A stretch of DNA of 39,157 nucleotides from Sumerlaeia bacterium (GTDB lineage Bacteria; Sumerlaeota; Sumerlaeia; SLMS01; JAHLLQ01), in the NCBI GenBank assembly GCA_040219255.1, contig JAVJSW010000076.1:1-39157 (forward strand), read 5' to 3'. The notes beneath the pieces are model-generated. The model did not search any database and was not told the DNA's origin. It saw only the letters and a list, made by a program, of their open reading frames with translations. The translations under genes were made by a program, and so were the position numbers. Position 1 is the stretch's first letter; every line of letters starts with the position of its first letter. This document shows, piece by piece, positions 9,264 to 19,900 of the stretch.

Positions 9264-12161
9264 GTGAGCAAGGCGAAGCTGGAGCAAGTCTTCAACGATC
9301 CCGAGGGTTTCGCGCGAACGCGCCTTCGGCGGCGGCGGGATTGGAAGATCCTGGCCGAGGTGCTGCGCTTCGCGGCGGTGCTGGTTTTTCTGTGGATCGT
9401 CATTCAGACATTGTGGTTCCTGAGGAGCAATCTGGGTCTGTGGACGGGTCATGGGCCGGGCGGATGGCTGGGGGTTTTCACCTCGATTTTCCGCGGGCCG
9501 TGGTCGTTTTCGCTGGAGAACAGCCCACCGCTGACGTTCCTGGCGGGGTTGCTGTGTTTGTTCTTCACGACCGCCATCGGGGTGTTTTTCCTGAGCGCCA
9601 TCGACAGTTTCGTGCGCCCCCGGGTGAAGGTGACGCTCGGGTTCGCCGCGGGTTTCGGGGTCACGGGCATCGTGTTCGAGTGGCTGGCGATGGCGGACAT
9701 GCTGACGACGTTGTGGGTGTGGCTGGCGTGGCTGGGGATGCTGGCGGTTTTCGGCGGACTGGCGGCGCTGCGCATGTTCCGGGCGCCGGCCAGATTCTGG
9801 CGCGGTCGGGGGCCGGAACATCCGGGCTGGGTGGACGCCATCGACGCCAAGGGGCGCCTGGGCCGGCTGAGGCTGGCGCCCGTGTTGCCGGCGGAGTCGG
9901 AGCTGGACAAGGAAGGTTGCATGGCGGGGATGTTCACGTTCGTGGCCATGGGGATCATCGGATTGATCACGCTGCTGACGTTCTGGCACGCGGTCTTTTT
10001 CCCGGAAACGTACTGGGATTCGATGATCCTGTACCTGGGCTACGCGAAGATGACCTTCGAGCAGGGCGGTTTCCCCTTCAAGGCGGAGGCGCAAGTAGGC
10101 ATCGGTCTGGGGGCGAATTATCCGCACTTGTATTCGGTCTGGGGGGCGGCGTGCAGCGCGTCCTTCGGGTCCTGGTCGGACCTGTATCAGCGCATGGCGG
10201 CGCCCATGGCGGGGCTGGTGGCGACGATGCTGGTGTACGACACGGGGCTGCTGATTTTCTCGCGCCGCAGCATCGCCATGACGGCGGCGTTGATTTTCCG
10301 GGCGATCCCGCTGTCGGTGTTCTACACGACGGCGGCTTCCGATTACGCCTTCGTGATACTGTACTGCGCGGCGTTTATCTACACCGTGGCGTGGTTCGCG
10401 CGGACGCGGCTGCCGGGGGCTTTCGCGGCGATGACGTTTGTGTGCGCGGCGGCGCTGCATGTGAATTACCTGATGGGGATTCTGGCGCTGCCGTGGCTGG
10501 TGACGCTGGTGATGGTGATGTGGCGGTCGAAGGGCGATCTGGGCGAGACGGATGAGAGCCGATATGCCGCGAACACCTTCACGGACGATGTGGACGATAT
10601 TCCCAAGAGCGGTGTGAAACCGCTGATGGAGCCCGAAGCGGCCGACCCACGGGGGTACAAGACCCTGCTGCTGTCGGGACGATTCTGGGCGATCTGCGTC
10701 GTGTGCGCGATCGTGGGCAGCACGTGGTTCGTACGCAACTGGGCGTTGACCGGCAGCCCCGTGTACGGGTTCTTCCCTAAGCTGTTCCCGGCGACCGTGA
10801 ACTATAACCCGGATGTGATGGAGAGCGCGGAACTGGAATGGTTCCGAAACGGCGACGGCATCGCTCGCGTGGCGGAAATCTATCACGACATCGAACAGGA
10901 AATCAGCCCCCGCGACACCGGCCTGCCAAGCTTCGAGCGGCGGGCGACGCTGGGCGACAAGCTCGACGCGAGCTGGCTCTATTGGCAGGGCTACGACACC
11001 TATCGGATCACGGAAGATCGCGAGCGCGAGAACCTGGGCAATCCGATCCTGAGGGCGGTGTATCTGCTGTGGTTCTGGCATCCGGTGCCGCAGGGTTCGG
11101 AAGAATTCAAGCTGCCCCTGGCCGGCGATGTGGGCACGATGCGTTATGTGCATTCGTACAAGATGGCGCCGTTCTTCATGGGTTTTCTGCTGCCGGGGAT
11201 CGTCTTCGGGTTCTTTATCGCGGCCTTCTGGAGAAGCCTCCTGCCGGGGGACGACGACGACAGCCTGGGGCTGGCGCCGCTGCACCGGCGGGTGTTCTCG
11301 GCGGTGTACGGGGCGAGCCTGTCGCTGCTGGTGGCGTTGCTGGCGTACAATTATCTGCTGGCGGATTTCTATCTTTATCAGATCATCGGCATCATCGTTC
11401 CCATCGCCTTGTTCAGCGCGATACCGATCATGTTCGTGACGACGCCGCGATGGACCTCCTCCTGGTCCGTCGTGTTCATTCTGCTCAGCACGATCGAATT
11501 GATTCTGCTGGGTATCATCTTCACTGGCGGGTTCGGCCTCCTGACGGCGATCCTGTTGGCTCTCAACTCCCTCCTGTGGTTGATTCTGTTCCTGATGGTC
11601 GGCTCGACCGGCGCGGAGGACGTCCTGGCGTTTTACGGGATGGTCACGGTGCTGGTGCTGGGTTTCGTGCCCGGGGTGGCGTTCGCGCTGATGGGCCAGA
11701 AAATCCCCGGCAACGCCCGGGCTTTCGGCCAGACCTACGAACCGCTGGCGCTCGATGTGTTCCGGTCGCCGGGCATGAACCCGGAACTGGCCTATCGGCT
11801 GCGCTATGGCGAGGACGTGGACATGTGGATCGCGGTGAACGGCTTCCTGGAGAACGAACCGCTCCTGACGCACGAGAACCGCCATCTGGTGTTCGACGAC
11901 GGCATCACGCTGGTCCACCTGGACGATTGGGACGTGCAGCAGAACATGTGGGGCCGCTCGGTGGAAGAGCGCCTCGACTTCCTGCGCGAGCGGGGCATTC
12001 GCTGGTACCTTTTCGTGCCCAACGAACGCAACCATCCCGTCAACGCCCGCGCCGGCATGGACGAACTGATCGGCGCCGGAGCCTTCGAACTGATGGCGAT
12101 CCACGGCGAGAACAAGCTCTACCGGATGGTGGAGAGCGAATGGGCGAAGCGCGGGGAATAG
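9264..12161 (+). CDS. Large polytopic membrane protein, GT-C-fold (ArnT/PMT-like) glycosyltransferase
   Basis: 965 aa with many TM segments. ETYWDSMILYL (WD motif after a TM), ANYPHLY, WFVRNWALTGSPVY, and a soluble C-terminal tail FLRERGIRWYLF. GTG start. Confidence 0.75.
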   Translation: MSKAKLEQVFNDPEGFARTRLRRRRDWKILAEVLRFAAVLVFLWIVIQTLWFLRSNLGLWTGHGPGGWLGVFTSIFRGPWSFSLENSPPLTFLAGLLCLFFTTAIGVFFLSAIDSFVRPRVKVTLGFAAGFGVTGIVFEWLAMADMLTTLWVWLAWLGMLAVFGGLAALRMFRAPARFWRGRGPEHPGWVDAIDAKGRLGRLRLAPVLPAESELDKEGCMAGMFTFVAMGIIGLITLLTFWHAVFFPETYWDSMILYLGYAKMTFEQGGFPFKAEAQVGIGLGANYPHLYSVWGAACSASFGSWSDLYQRMAAPMAGLVATMLVYDTGLLIFSRRSIAMTAALIFRAIPLSVFYTTAASDYAFVILYCAAFIYTVAWFARTRLPGAFAAMTFVCAAALHVNYLMGILALPWLVTLVMVMWRSKGDLGETDESRYAANTFTDDVDDIPKSGVKPLMEPEAADPRGYKTLLLSGRFWAICVVCAIVGSTWFVRNWALTGSPVYGFFPKLFPATVNYNPDVMESAELEWFRNGDGIARVAEIYHDIEQEISPRDTGLPSFERRATLGDKLDASWLYWQGYDTYRITEDRERENLGNPILRAVYLLWFWHPVPQGSEEFKLPLAGDVGTMRYVHSYKMAPFFMGFLLPGIVFGFFIAAFWRSLLPGDDDDSLGLAPLHRRVFSAVYGASLSLLVALLAYNYLLADFYLYQIIGIIVPIALFSAIPIMFVTTPRWTSSWSVVFILLSTIELILLGIIFTGGFGLLTAILLALNSLLWLILFLMVGSTGAEDVLAFYGMVTVLVLGFVPGVAFALMGQKIPGNARAFGQTYEPLALDVFRSPGMNPELAYRLRYGEDVDMWIAVNGFLENEPLLTHENRHLVFDDGITLVHLDDWDVQQNMWGRSVEERLDFLRERGIRWYLFVPNERNHPVNARAGMDELIGAGAFELMAIHGENKLYRMVESEWAKRGE

Positions 12162-12188
12162 TGCCGGGCCGGAAGGCGAGGGCTGGAG

Positions 12189-13679
12189 TTACTTGATCGT
12201 CCAGCCCTCGAACTGCACCGTCAGGGTGTCGGTGATGAGGAAGTAGCCAGTCAGCTTCTGGCCCTGGCGCCCGTTTTCGTCCACGGGCACGACCTCGATG
12301 GTCCAGCGCTCGCCGACATCGAAGGTGGCGCCTTTCTCGCCGTTGCGGAGCATCGCGAGTCGATCCGTCGTCGGTTCGGAAGCGATGTAGCGGTCGTCGC
12401 CGTTGCTGCTCCAGACGTAAATGTAGCGGATGTCGCCGCCCTGGGAGGGGATGGCGTCCTCGGTCACCTCGACGGCGAGAACGATGCCGATTTCTCCGCC
12501 GGCCGGGGGCGGGACTGGGGTTGGGGTTGGCGTGGGGGTGGGGCCGATGTTGAGATAGTTGATGAGGAAGGTGAGGGTACCGGTATCGCGGGAAATGGCG
12601 ACCACGTCGGTGTCGAAGTCGTTGTCGATGTCAACGGCGAGGCGGGGTTCGCCGTCGTAGATGAGATTGGGAATGTCTTGCGAAATGAACGTCCCATCGC
12701 CGTTGCCTAGGAGCGCAAGATTTTGACTTATCCCTAGTCTTGTGAAAATGTCATCGTGGAAATCAAGGTTGAGGTCCAATGTTACGACCTCGCTTTCATA
12801 CCCCGAAGTATAGACAAAGTCCAGGGTGCTAAATCGATTCTCGACGATCTGATTGGCGATCCAGATACCATATGAATAAGCTGATCCACAGAGATCGGTC
12901 AGACCATCCTCATTCCAATCCCCGAAGTCAAAGTCATTGGCACCCCAATGGGTGGGATCGATAACTATCGGATCCTGAAAAGTTCCATCGCCAATCCCCT
13001 TGTAGAGCAACAAGTCGGACTCGGCCATATCGATCACAAGGTCCTTAATTGGATCGGTGTCCAAGTCGACGAATCCGCCGCTTTTAGCAGCGACCTGCAA
13101 CGCGATGGGCTCCAATTGCGAAAAACCGCCCTCTTCCAGACCCAAGTGAATATAAACTTCTTTGTCTCCGTTCGAGCCTCTCACAAAATCCAGAATACCA
13201 TCTGCATTGATGTCCTCTACATCAAACAGTAGATATCCTCCGTTGAATGCCAGATCAAGTTCAATTTCGAATGTTCCGTCTCCCTTGCCACGCAAAAGAG
13301 TCATCTGCACTGGCGAATCTTGGGAAACGAAGAGATCCCAATTTCCATCTCGATTGAAATCCTTAGCCACGATACGGTAGGCTTTGCCGGCCGTGCTGTA
13401 GCTGATCGGAGGCAAGAACATTCCGCCCCCCGCGCCGAGGATCACGTTGACTTGGCGTTGCTCGTTCGCCACCGCCAGATCCACGCGCCCATCCTTGTTG
13501 AAGTCCGCCGCGACAACATCGTGGGGATTGCCACCGACGGTGTAGGTCTGGACGTCGCCGAAGCCGGGCCATTGGGCGGCGGCGGCTGCTGCGGCGAGAA
13601 GAAAGGTGCCTGTGGCAAGAGCCCTTGTGCGATAATCGGACATGACCGGTGGGGCTTTCTTGGTGCGAACTGGAGACAT
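12189..13679 (-). CDS. Secreted FG-GAP/VCBS-repeat (beta-propeller) protein with Pro-Thr linker and C-terminal domain ending EGWTIK
   Basis: Signal FLLAAAAAAA|QW. Repeats ADFNKDGRVDLAV, KDFNRDGNWDL, EDINADGILDF, GDWNEDGLTDL, LGNGDGTF. PTPTPTPTPVPPP linker. GGGAGA RBS before ATG 13679 (alternative ATG 13643). Confidence 0.9.
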   Translation of the reverse strand: MSPVRTKKAPPVMSDYRTRALATGTFLLAAAAAAAQWPGFGDVQTYTVGGNPHDVVAADFNKDGRVDLAVANEQRQVNVILGAGGGMFLPPISYSTAGKAYRIVAKDFNRDGNWDLFVSQDSPVQMTLLRGKGDGTFEIELDLAFNGGYLLFDVEDINADGILDFVRGSNGDKEVYIHLGLEEGGFSQLEPIALQVAAKSGGFVDLDTDPIKDLVIDMAESDLLLYKGIGDGTFQDPIVIDPTHWGANDFDFGDWNEDGLTDLCGSAYSYGIWIANQIVENRFSTLDFVYTSGYESEVVTLDLNLDFHDDIFTRLGISQNLALLGNGDGTFISQDIPNLIYDGEPRLAVDIDNDFDTDVVAISRDTGTLTFLINYLNIGPTPTPTPTPVPPPAGGEIGIVLAVEVTEDAIPSQGGDIRYIYVWSSNGDDRYIASEPTTDRLAMLRNGEKGATFDVGERWTIEVVPVDENGRQGQKLTGYFLITDTLTVQFEGWTIK

Positions 13680-13692
13680 TATTCTCCCATCG

Positions 13693-14766
13693 TTACTGTT
13701 TTGCCAAGAGAAAGCGCCGCACCCACCCCCTGACCCGCGCGTCCAGCACCAGCGGCCCCCGCCATCCCCTCCGCGCCCTGTCCGGCAGGCGTTCGAGGAC
13801 GAAGCGGACGCCTTCGAGGAGGAGGGCTTCCCGCGCGATGCCGGGAAGGGCGCGGCTTAGGCCGAGGCGACGGGCCCAGGCGCGGTGCTCGGGCGGGAGG
13901 AAATCGCCCCAGGCGCGGACGGCCCAGGGGCCAGGGCGGAGGGCGGCGCGCAGGTCGGCGGGGCGGGCGCGGTTCAGGGTGGGAAACACCTCCGCGAGGA
14001 GGTGTTCGGCGCGGAGCGGTTCGCCCGGGCGCCATTCGATGGGATGGGCCGATCCGGCGCCGGCTTCGCGTTCGGCGGCGGTGGCCAATTCGTCCTCGCC
14101 CAGCAGCAAATGCCCCCACGGCACGGGAAAGATGTCGCGCAGGTGATGGCCAAAGGCGCTGTGGTAGAGGGGCTCTGTCGTGTGGAACATCAGGCCGCCG
14201 GGCCGCAGAACGCGTGCGGCTTCGCGGAATGCGGCGCGCAGGTCGGGGATGTGCTCGATGCAATTGACCGACCAGAGAAAGTCCACGGAGGCGTCGGGCA
14301 GGGGAATTTCGTGGGCGGAGAGGCGGACGAACCGCAGTGGCGCGCCGGACCGCACCCGCCAGCCGGTCAGGTCCTTGCCGTCGAACTCGAAATCGACGAC
14401 GCGCTCGGCGAGGGGCGGGTGGGCCGCCGCCATGCGGTGCAGCGTGTGGGCGTTGTCGGGGGTGAAGGGACCCTGGCCGGGGGGCCAGAGGACTTCGCTG
14501 GCGAGGACCTGGCCGGCGCGGGGATCGCTGGCGACGTGGGCGGCGACCCAGCCGCGCCCCGAGCCCCACTCGAGGGCGCGGTAGCCATCGGGCAGGGCGT
14601 CCAGGAGACGGGGGAACTCGTTGTGAAAGAGATCGGTGTGAAAGGTGCCGGCGTGCAGCGCGGCGAAGGCCTGGGCGGGGGCGGCGGCGGCCTCGGCGCG
14701 GCGCTGGGCGAGGAGTTCGCGCGCGATGGCGAGGGCGTCCTCGCGGATGGCGCGGCTTACCGCCAC
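13693..14766 (-). CDS. Class I SAM-dependent methyltransferase
   Basis: Motif I ALEWGSGRG, IPLPDASVDFLWS, IEHIPD, EAARVLRPGG. GTG start overlaps the upstream gene's end by 10 bp. Confidence 0.88.
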   Translation of the reverse strand: MAVSRAIREDALAIARELLAQRRAEAAAAPAQAFAALHAGTFHTDLFHNEFPRLLDALPDGYRALEWGSGRGWVAAHVASDPRAGQVLASEVLWPPGQGPFTPDNAHTLHRMAAAHPPLAERVVDFEFDGKDLTGWRVRSGAPLRFVRLSAHEIPLPDASVDFLWSVNCIEHIPDLRAAFREAARVLRPGGLMFHTTEPLYHSAFGHHLRDIFPVPWGHLLLGEDELATAAEREAGAGSAHPIEWRPGEPLRAEHLLAEVFPTLNRARPADLRAALRPGPWAVRAWGDFLPPEHRAWARRLGLSRALPGIAREALLLEGVRFVLERLPDRARRGWRGPLVLDARVRGWVRRFLLAKQ

Positions 14767-16769
14767 AGCATCTCGACCTCGCGGCTGGGGGTTACGACGT
14801 AGCTGAGGGCTTCGATGACGGCGGCGACGCTCCAGGCCTGGGCGAAGCAGCCGCGGGGCTTGTGGGGCGCGTCGGCGTCGAAGATCTCCGAGGCGCTGCC
14901 GAGGCAGCCTTCGGTGAAGACGTGGTCGAGGAGGCCGCGCTGGATTTCAGGAACCTGATCGGTCAGCTCGGGCACGAGGCGGGCCTCGAAGGCCACGCCG
15001 CGCAGGTACGGCGCGATGAGCCACATCCACACGGTGCCGTTGTGGTAGGCGCGGTCGCGGGCGAGGCGATCGCCACGGTAAATGGGAGCGTACTTGGACG
15101 AGCCGGGGGCGAGGCTGCGCAGGCCGCGCGGCGTGAGGAGTTCCTTGGCGGTGGCGCGCAGGATCGAGGCGCGGCGCACGTTCGGGATGATGTTCCAGGG
15201 CAGACCGAAAGGCAGCGCCATGTTGGGCCGGATCGCATCGTCGCGCTGGCCGGCACCGTCGCGGTCCACCACGTCGGCGAAATGCATGCGGTCGCCGATG
15301 AAAAAGCGGGTGGAAAAGGCGGTCTGGCAGCGCTCGGCTTGCAGGCGCCAATGGGCAGATAGCACGGCGGGAGCGCCCATGTCCACTTCGTGCTCGCCCA
15401 TGCGGTGCAGCGCGTTGAACCACAGGCCCTGAATTTCCACCGCTTTGCCGTGGCGCGGGGTGGGGATCTCACCGTTGACCTTCACATCCATCCAGGTGAG
15501 TTGGCTGCCGGTGGTGCCTCCGGCGATCAGGCCGTCGGCGTCGAGGTGGATGTTCTGCTTCGTTCCGACCTCGTGGTGCTTGATGATGGCGCGCAGGCGG
15601 TCCCAGTAGTGCTCCAGGAAATCGCGGTCGCCACTCTGGGCCACATACTGGAAGACGGCTTCGAAGAGCCAAAGGGTCGCGTCGATGGTATTGAATTGGG
15701 GCTCGGTGCCGGCTTCCGGGAACAGGTTCGGGATCAAGCCGTCCTGAACGTGGTTGAGGAAGTGATCGAGGATCGAGCGCGCGTCGCCCATGCGGCCGGT
15801 GGCCAGGGTCAGGCCCGGCAGGGAAATCATCGTGTCGCGGCCCCAATCGGTAAACCACGGGTAGCCGGCCATGATGGTGAAGCGGCCGTCGTGGCGGCGG
15901 ACGATGAACTGATCGGCGGCGATGGCCAGGCTGTTGCGCTCGGCATCGTCGAGCAGGGGGTTTTGCCTGAGGCAAGGGATGTCGAGGTCGTCGCGGCGCG
16001 TCAACTCCTCGCGGCGGGCGGTCTCGGCCATGTGAAGCTGGGTGCGGGCGTCCTCGGCGGCGGTGAGGACCAGATCGACGACCTCGCCGGGCTGGATTTC
16101 CAGAACCGACTCGGGGGCGAAGTAGAGCTTGCCGAGGGGGTCCGCTTCGCACTCCTTCTCCGTTTCATGCTCCACCTCCAGGGGCCCGGCGCCGGCGCGG
16201 CCGCTGGGCAAGAGCGGCACCGAGCAGGCCACGCGCGCCGTCATCCCTTCGACACGCGTCACCACGCCGGACTCCGGGGCGCCGGTGGCTTCCTCGGGCA
16301 GGATCAGGCGCAGGGCCAACTGCACGGGGGCGCTGGCGTCGGTCAGCTCATAGCGCACGATCGTCGTCCCATGAAACCGGCGCATCATCAAGGACTTGGT
16401 CAGCGTGCCGCGGCCATCCGGCAACACCCACTCCCACGTGGCAAAGGGACGTGGGCGAAAGGCCACAGGCATGACATCCGGCGCGTGCCACTTTCCATCG
16501 GCATCGCAGGTGGCGGACAGCGACAGGTTCGCCTGGCCTTCCTTCCAGAGACGTTCTTCCATACCCGTCACCAGCCGGACGCGGTCGGTGGGGGGCTTGC
16601 GCGAAACCCAGAGCAACCCGTGCCAGAACCGGCGAACCTGGCCATCGACGCAGCCACAGGCGAAACCGCCGGAGCCGTCGGGCTCGAGCCATTCCTTGTC
16701 CAGAAGAGCTTTCGGTTCGAGATCGGGCAGCCGATAGGCGGGGGTCTGGGCGGCGCTGATGGTAGTCAT
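14757..16769 (-). CDS. Glycogen debranching enzyme (archaeal-type amylo-alpha-1,6-glucosidase, GDE_N + GDE_C)
   Basis: EWLEPDGSGGFA, RFWHGLL, TIMAGYPWFTDWGRDTMISLPGL, FNTIDATLW, QLTWMD, PRHGKAVEIQGLW, AYHNGTVWMWL, SEIFD, GCFAQAWSVA. ATG 16769 preferred over 16991. Confidence 0.95.
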   Translation of the reverse strand: MTTISAAQTPAYRLPDLEPKALLDKEWLEPDGSGGFACGCVDGQVRRFWHGLLWVSRKPPTDRVRLVTGMEERLWKEGQANLSLSATCDADGKWHAPDVMPVAFRPRPFATWEWVLPDGRGTLTKSLMMRRFHGTTIVRYELTDASAPVQLALRLILPEEATGAPESGVVTRVEGMTARVACSVPLLPSGRAGAGPLEVEHETEKECEADPLGKLYFAPESVLEIQPGEVVDLVLTAAEDARTQLHMAETARREELTRRDDLDIPCLRQNPLLDDAERNSLAIAADQFIVRRHDGRFTIMAGYPWFTDWGRDTMISLPGLTLATGRMGDARSILDHFLNHVQDGLIPNLFPEAGTEPQFNTIDATLWLFEAVFQYVAQSGDRDFLEHYWDRLRAIIKHHEVGTKQNIHLDADGLIAGGTTGSQLTWMDVKVNGEIPTPRHGKAVEIQGLWFNALHRMGEHEVDMGAPAVLSAHWRLQAERCQTAFSTRFFIGDRMHFADVVDRDGAGQRDDAIRPNMALPFGLPWNIIPNVRRASILRATAKELLTPRGLRSLAPGSSKYAPIYRGDRLARDRAYHNGTVWMWLIAPYLRGVAFEARLVPELTDQVPEIQRGLLDHVFTEGCLGSASEIFDADAPHKPRGCFAQAWSVAAVIEALSYVVTPSREVEMLWR

Positions 16770-16978
16770 GGGCGGGATTGAAAACCTCTCGCTGGCAAGA
16801 TCATCGGATGAACAGGAAACGCGGTGGCCAGGAGGGGCGCAACGCTTACCCTCGAAAAGTGACCGTGGAAGGCTGTTTTCGCACTTTTGACCAGTTGTCT
16901 CTGACCGCCATTGCGGTTGACAGATGGCCTGCGAAAATGAATCTCTGACCCCACTACTGGTACAAGGACCTATTGCGA

Positions 16979-19900
16979 ATGACCCCGACATTGCCTCTCC
17001 GGCCTTGGCTTCGCGCCATGGCTACCCTGCTCCTTTGCGCCTTGCTCAGCACGCCAGCCTTGGCCCAAAGAACCGTTCTGATCGATTCGGAAAACGGCAC
17101 GGTGGATGGCAAATCGGGGGACTTCTTGGGGGTTCCGATGACGGTGGCCATCGATTCGGCGAACCGGACGACGACATTCTTCGTGAAGGGTGACCTCCGG
17201 TTATTCGAGGACACCACCTTCCGGGGCGCCGTCACTCGGGTGAACGCCACGACCTATCGGGGAAATTTCCTGACGCGGATTGTGATCGGCGGAAATTATT
17301 TCCCGACGGCGAACACGCGGTGGGATTACTCGGCAACGAGCAATTTCGGGACATTGGGTGTTCCCGGACCCGGTGGCGGCATCGCCCAGGAAGGCGGCAA
17401 CCGGGGCACGGGAGGCACCGGGGGTGCCGGCGGTGTCGGCGGGGCGGGCGGCGCCGGCGGCGCCGGTGGCGTCTTCGCCGGATCAGGTCCGGGCAATGGC
17501 TCCAGCGGAAGCTTCACATCCACGACTCCGAACGGGGAAGCGGGCGAACCGGGAAGTAACGGGGTTTTCTCCGCTCTGGCGAATGCCGCCAACGCGCCGA
17601 ACAGCGGGGGCGGGGGCGGAGTTGGCGGTGCCCAAGGCGCTGGTGGTCAGGGGCGGCAAACGGGGGGAACGGTCGGGGCCGGTGGCTCGATCTCGGGCAG
17701 CTTGGGCGGTAGCGGCGGTTCGGGTACGGCGGGTTCGTCGGGATTGAACGGGCTCGACGGCGGGAATGGTTTGTCCGGTACGGCGGGAATTCGAGGTGGG
17801 AACAATCCGAGCAATAACTTCACCCTTTCCGGCGGCGGCGGCGGCGGTGGCGGAGGCGGCGGCGGTGGTGGTGGCGGCAGCGGCGCCTCGGGCGGCAATG
17901 GCGGTGGCGGCGGCGCAGGCGGCGGCGCGTGCTGTTTCAGCGACGGTGGCTCCGGCGGTAAAGGTGGCACGGGGAACACCGGTTCGGCCGGCGGCAGCGG
18001 TGGCCCCGGCGGCCCCGGCGGCCGCGGCGGTCATGGCGGCGGAGGACTGGAGATCGTCGTCCTTGGGTCCGCTCAGTTCACGGGAACGTTCGAAGCCCGT
18101 GGCGGAGATTCGGGTTCGGGCGGCATCGGAACTTCTGGGTTCTTCGCCCCCGAGGTGATTCAGACAACCCCCACGGGAGCGGGAGGCGGCAATGGTGGCG
18201 CGGCAGGCGATGGCGGTTCCGGCGGCAGTGGCGGCCGGGCCGGTGTCATCGGCGGCGACGGCGGGTCCGGCGCCTCCGGAGGGCGCGGTGGCGGCGGAGC
18301 GGGTGGTACCATCAAGCTTTCCGCCTCGATGCCCTTCTGGATTTCCCCGAGCATCATCACCACAGCGGGCGCCGGTGGAATCAGCCAGGTGAGCAACCTG
18401 GACAAGGGCCGCTTCATCTTCGCCAGCAACGCCGCGACCATTCCGAGCTTCGGCACCGTGGACGCCCGCCAGTTCAACGCGGGCCAAGGCCCCACTCGAG
18501 CCAACCCCTTTGTCAACGGCAGCCCGCAGACACCCACTCTTCCCTTCCTGAGCTATACAAACCCCGATGGCACCCTGGGCACCGATGGCTACGGCGAGGC
18601 CTTCGGCCTGGATACGACGTCGCCGATTACCTTCAAAGCCGGCGAAAAGGGCGAGGGCGATACAACGCCGGCTCTTCTCAAACCTTTCGGCCCAGAACGC
18701 GAAGGCCAGATCCTCGGCCTTATCGTCCTGAGCGACGCGCAAGTCGAAGACATCTATCCAGCGGCCTTCCCCGGTTTCCGCCTCGTCATTTTCGTCAACC
18801 TCAGCGGCGAACCACTGCGCGATCCCGTTCTGGTCCTTGGCCGGACCACCTCGCCGGTGGGCTTGCTCGAAGGCGGCTGGAAGCATCGCATTGAGTTCGG
18901 TGGCGGCGGCGATTCGCCGATTGGCGATTTTCCCGCCGATTCGGCTTTCCTCACCCTGATTCCGAACACGACGCCGCTCAATGGCGCCTTCGGCTATTCC
19001 GGCGATTTCGGCCCCATCGTTCAGCCGGTCGCGACCCTTGCGATCGACACGCCGGTTTTCCTCGGCGGGCCTGCGGCGCTGTCCTCCCAGGCCCTCACGA
19101 TGGGCCCCATCACCGGCGATGGCGATCAGCAGGCGTCCTTCCGCGTCATGTTCGACGACATGGTCACGCAGGTCGATCCCAGCGATTTCCAGGCGCAAAA
19201 CTGTGACCTCAACGGTGAGAATTGCAGCGCGTTCCCCGGTGTCTCGGTCGACAACGTGCAGCCACGCCAGCGGCTCGCCTTCCCCGGCGACCGCCATTTC
19301 AACGTCACAAGAACGCTGAATCTTCCAAGCGGCAACGCTTCCGATCTGACCTTCGAGTTCTGGGCCTATCGCACCAGCACGGCCAACTCGATGATCTTCA
19401 GCGCCGAAAGCAGCACCGGCGATTTCATCGATATCTTCTGGGATAACAGCATCCTGCGCGTCGAAATGGATGTCGAAGCGGTCGATGGCGGCTTCGCGAC
19501 CGTAAACCTGCCGACGACGGGCATGAGCGAAGTCAACAAGTGGGTTCATTTCCTCATTCAGTTCGATGTCTCCGCCCGCCAAATCCGCACCTTCAAGAAC
19601 GGCGCTGAGCAAGCCAGCACCAACCTGCCCGGCTTCGTCGGCAATTTCCGCATCGTCGATATCGGCGGTTTCAATGGAGCCCGGCGCTTCAACGGAGTGC
19701 TCGATGAAATGCGCTGGTGGCGCGGCGTTCGCGCGCCCCAGGAAGACCGCTTCCGCGAGATCGGGGGAGACGAAACCGATCTCTTTCTCTACCATCGCTT
19801 CGATCAGGAAGGCAGCACCCTCACCGATCTTGGCCCGAACAACTACGATCTCAACGCGTCCGGCGGGGCGTTCGCGTTCTCGTCCGACAATCGCCTCTAC

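Noticed and set aside
7944-12104. 1386-aa minus-strand ORF
   Set aside because: Antisense shadow of the two real plus-strand genes. Arg/His/Gln-rich with no motifs, a typical high-GC artefact.
16770-16991. N-terminal extension of the debranching enzyme ORF
   Set aside because: Covers the divergent intergenic region and overlaps the giant gene's start. Family similarity begins after Met at 16769.
17360-18310. Mycobacterial PE_PGRS gene or collagen-like repeat
   Set aside because: No PE domain and no strict Gly-X-Y periodicity. It is a Gly-rich segment inside a larger Sec-signal protein.
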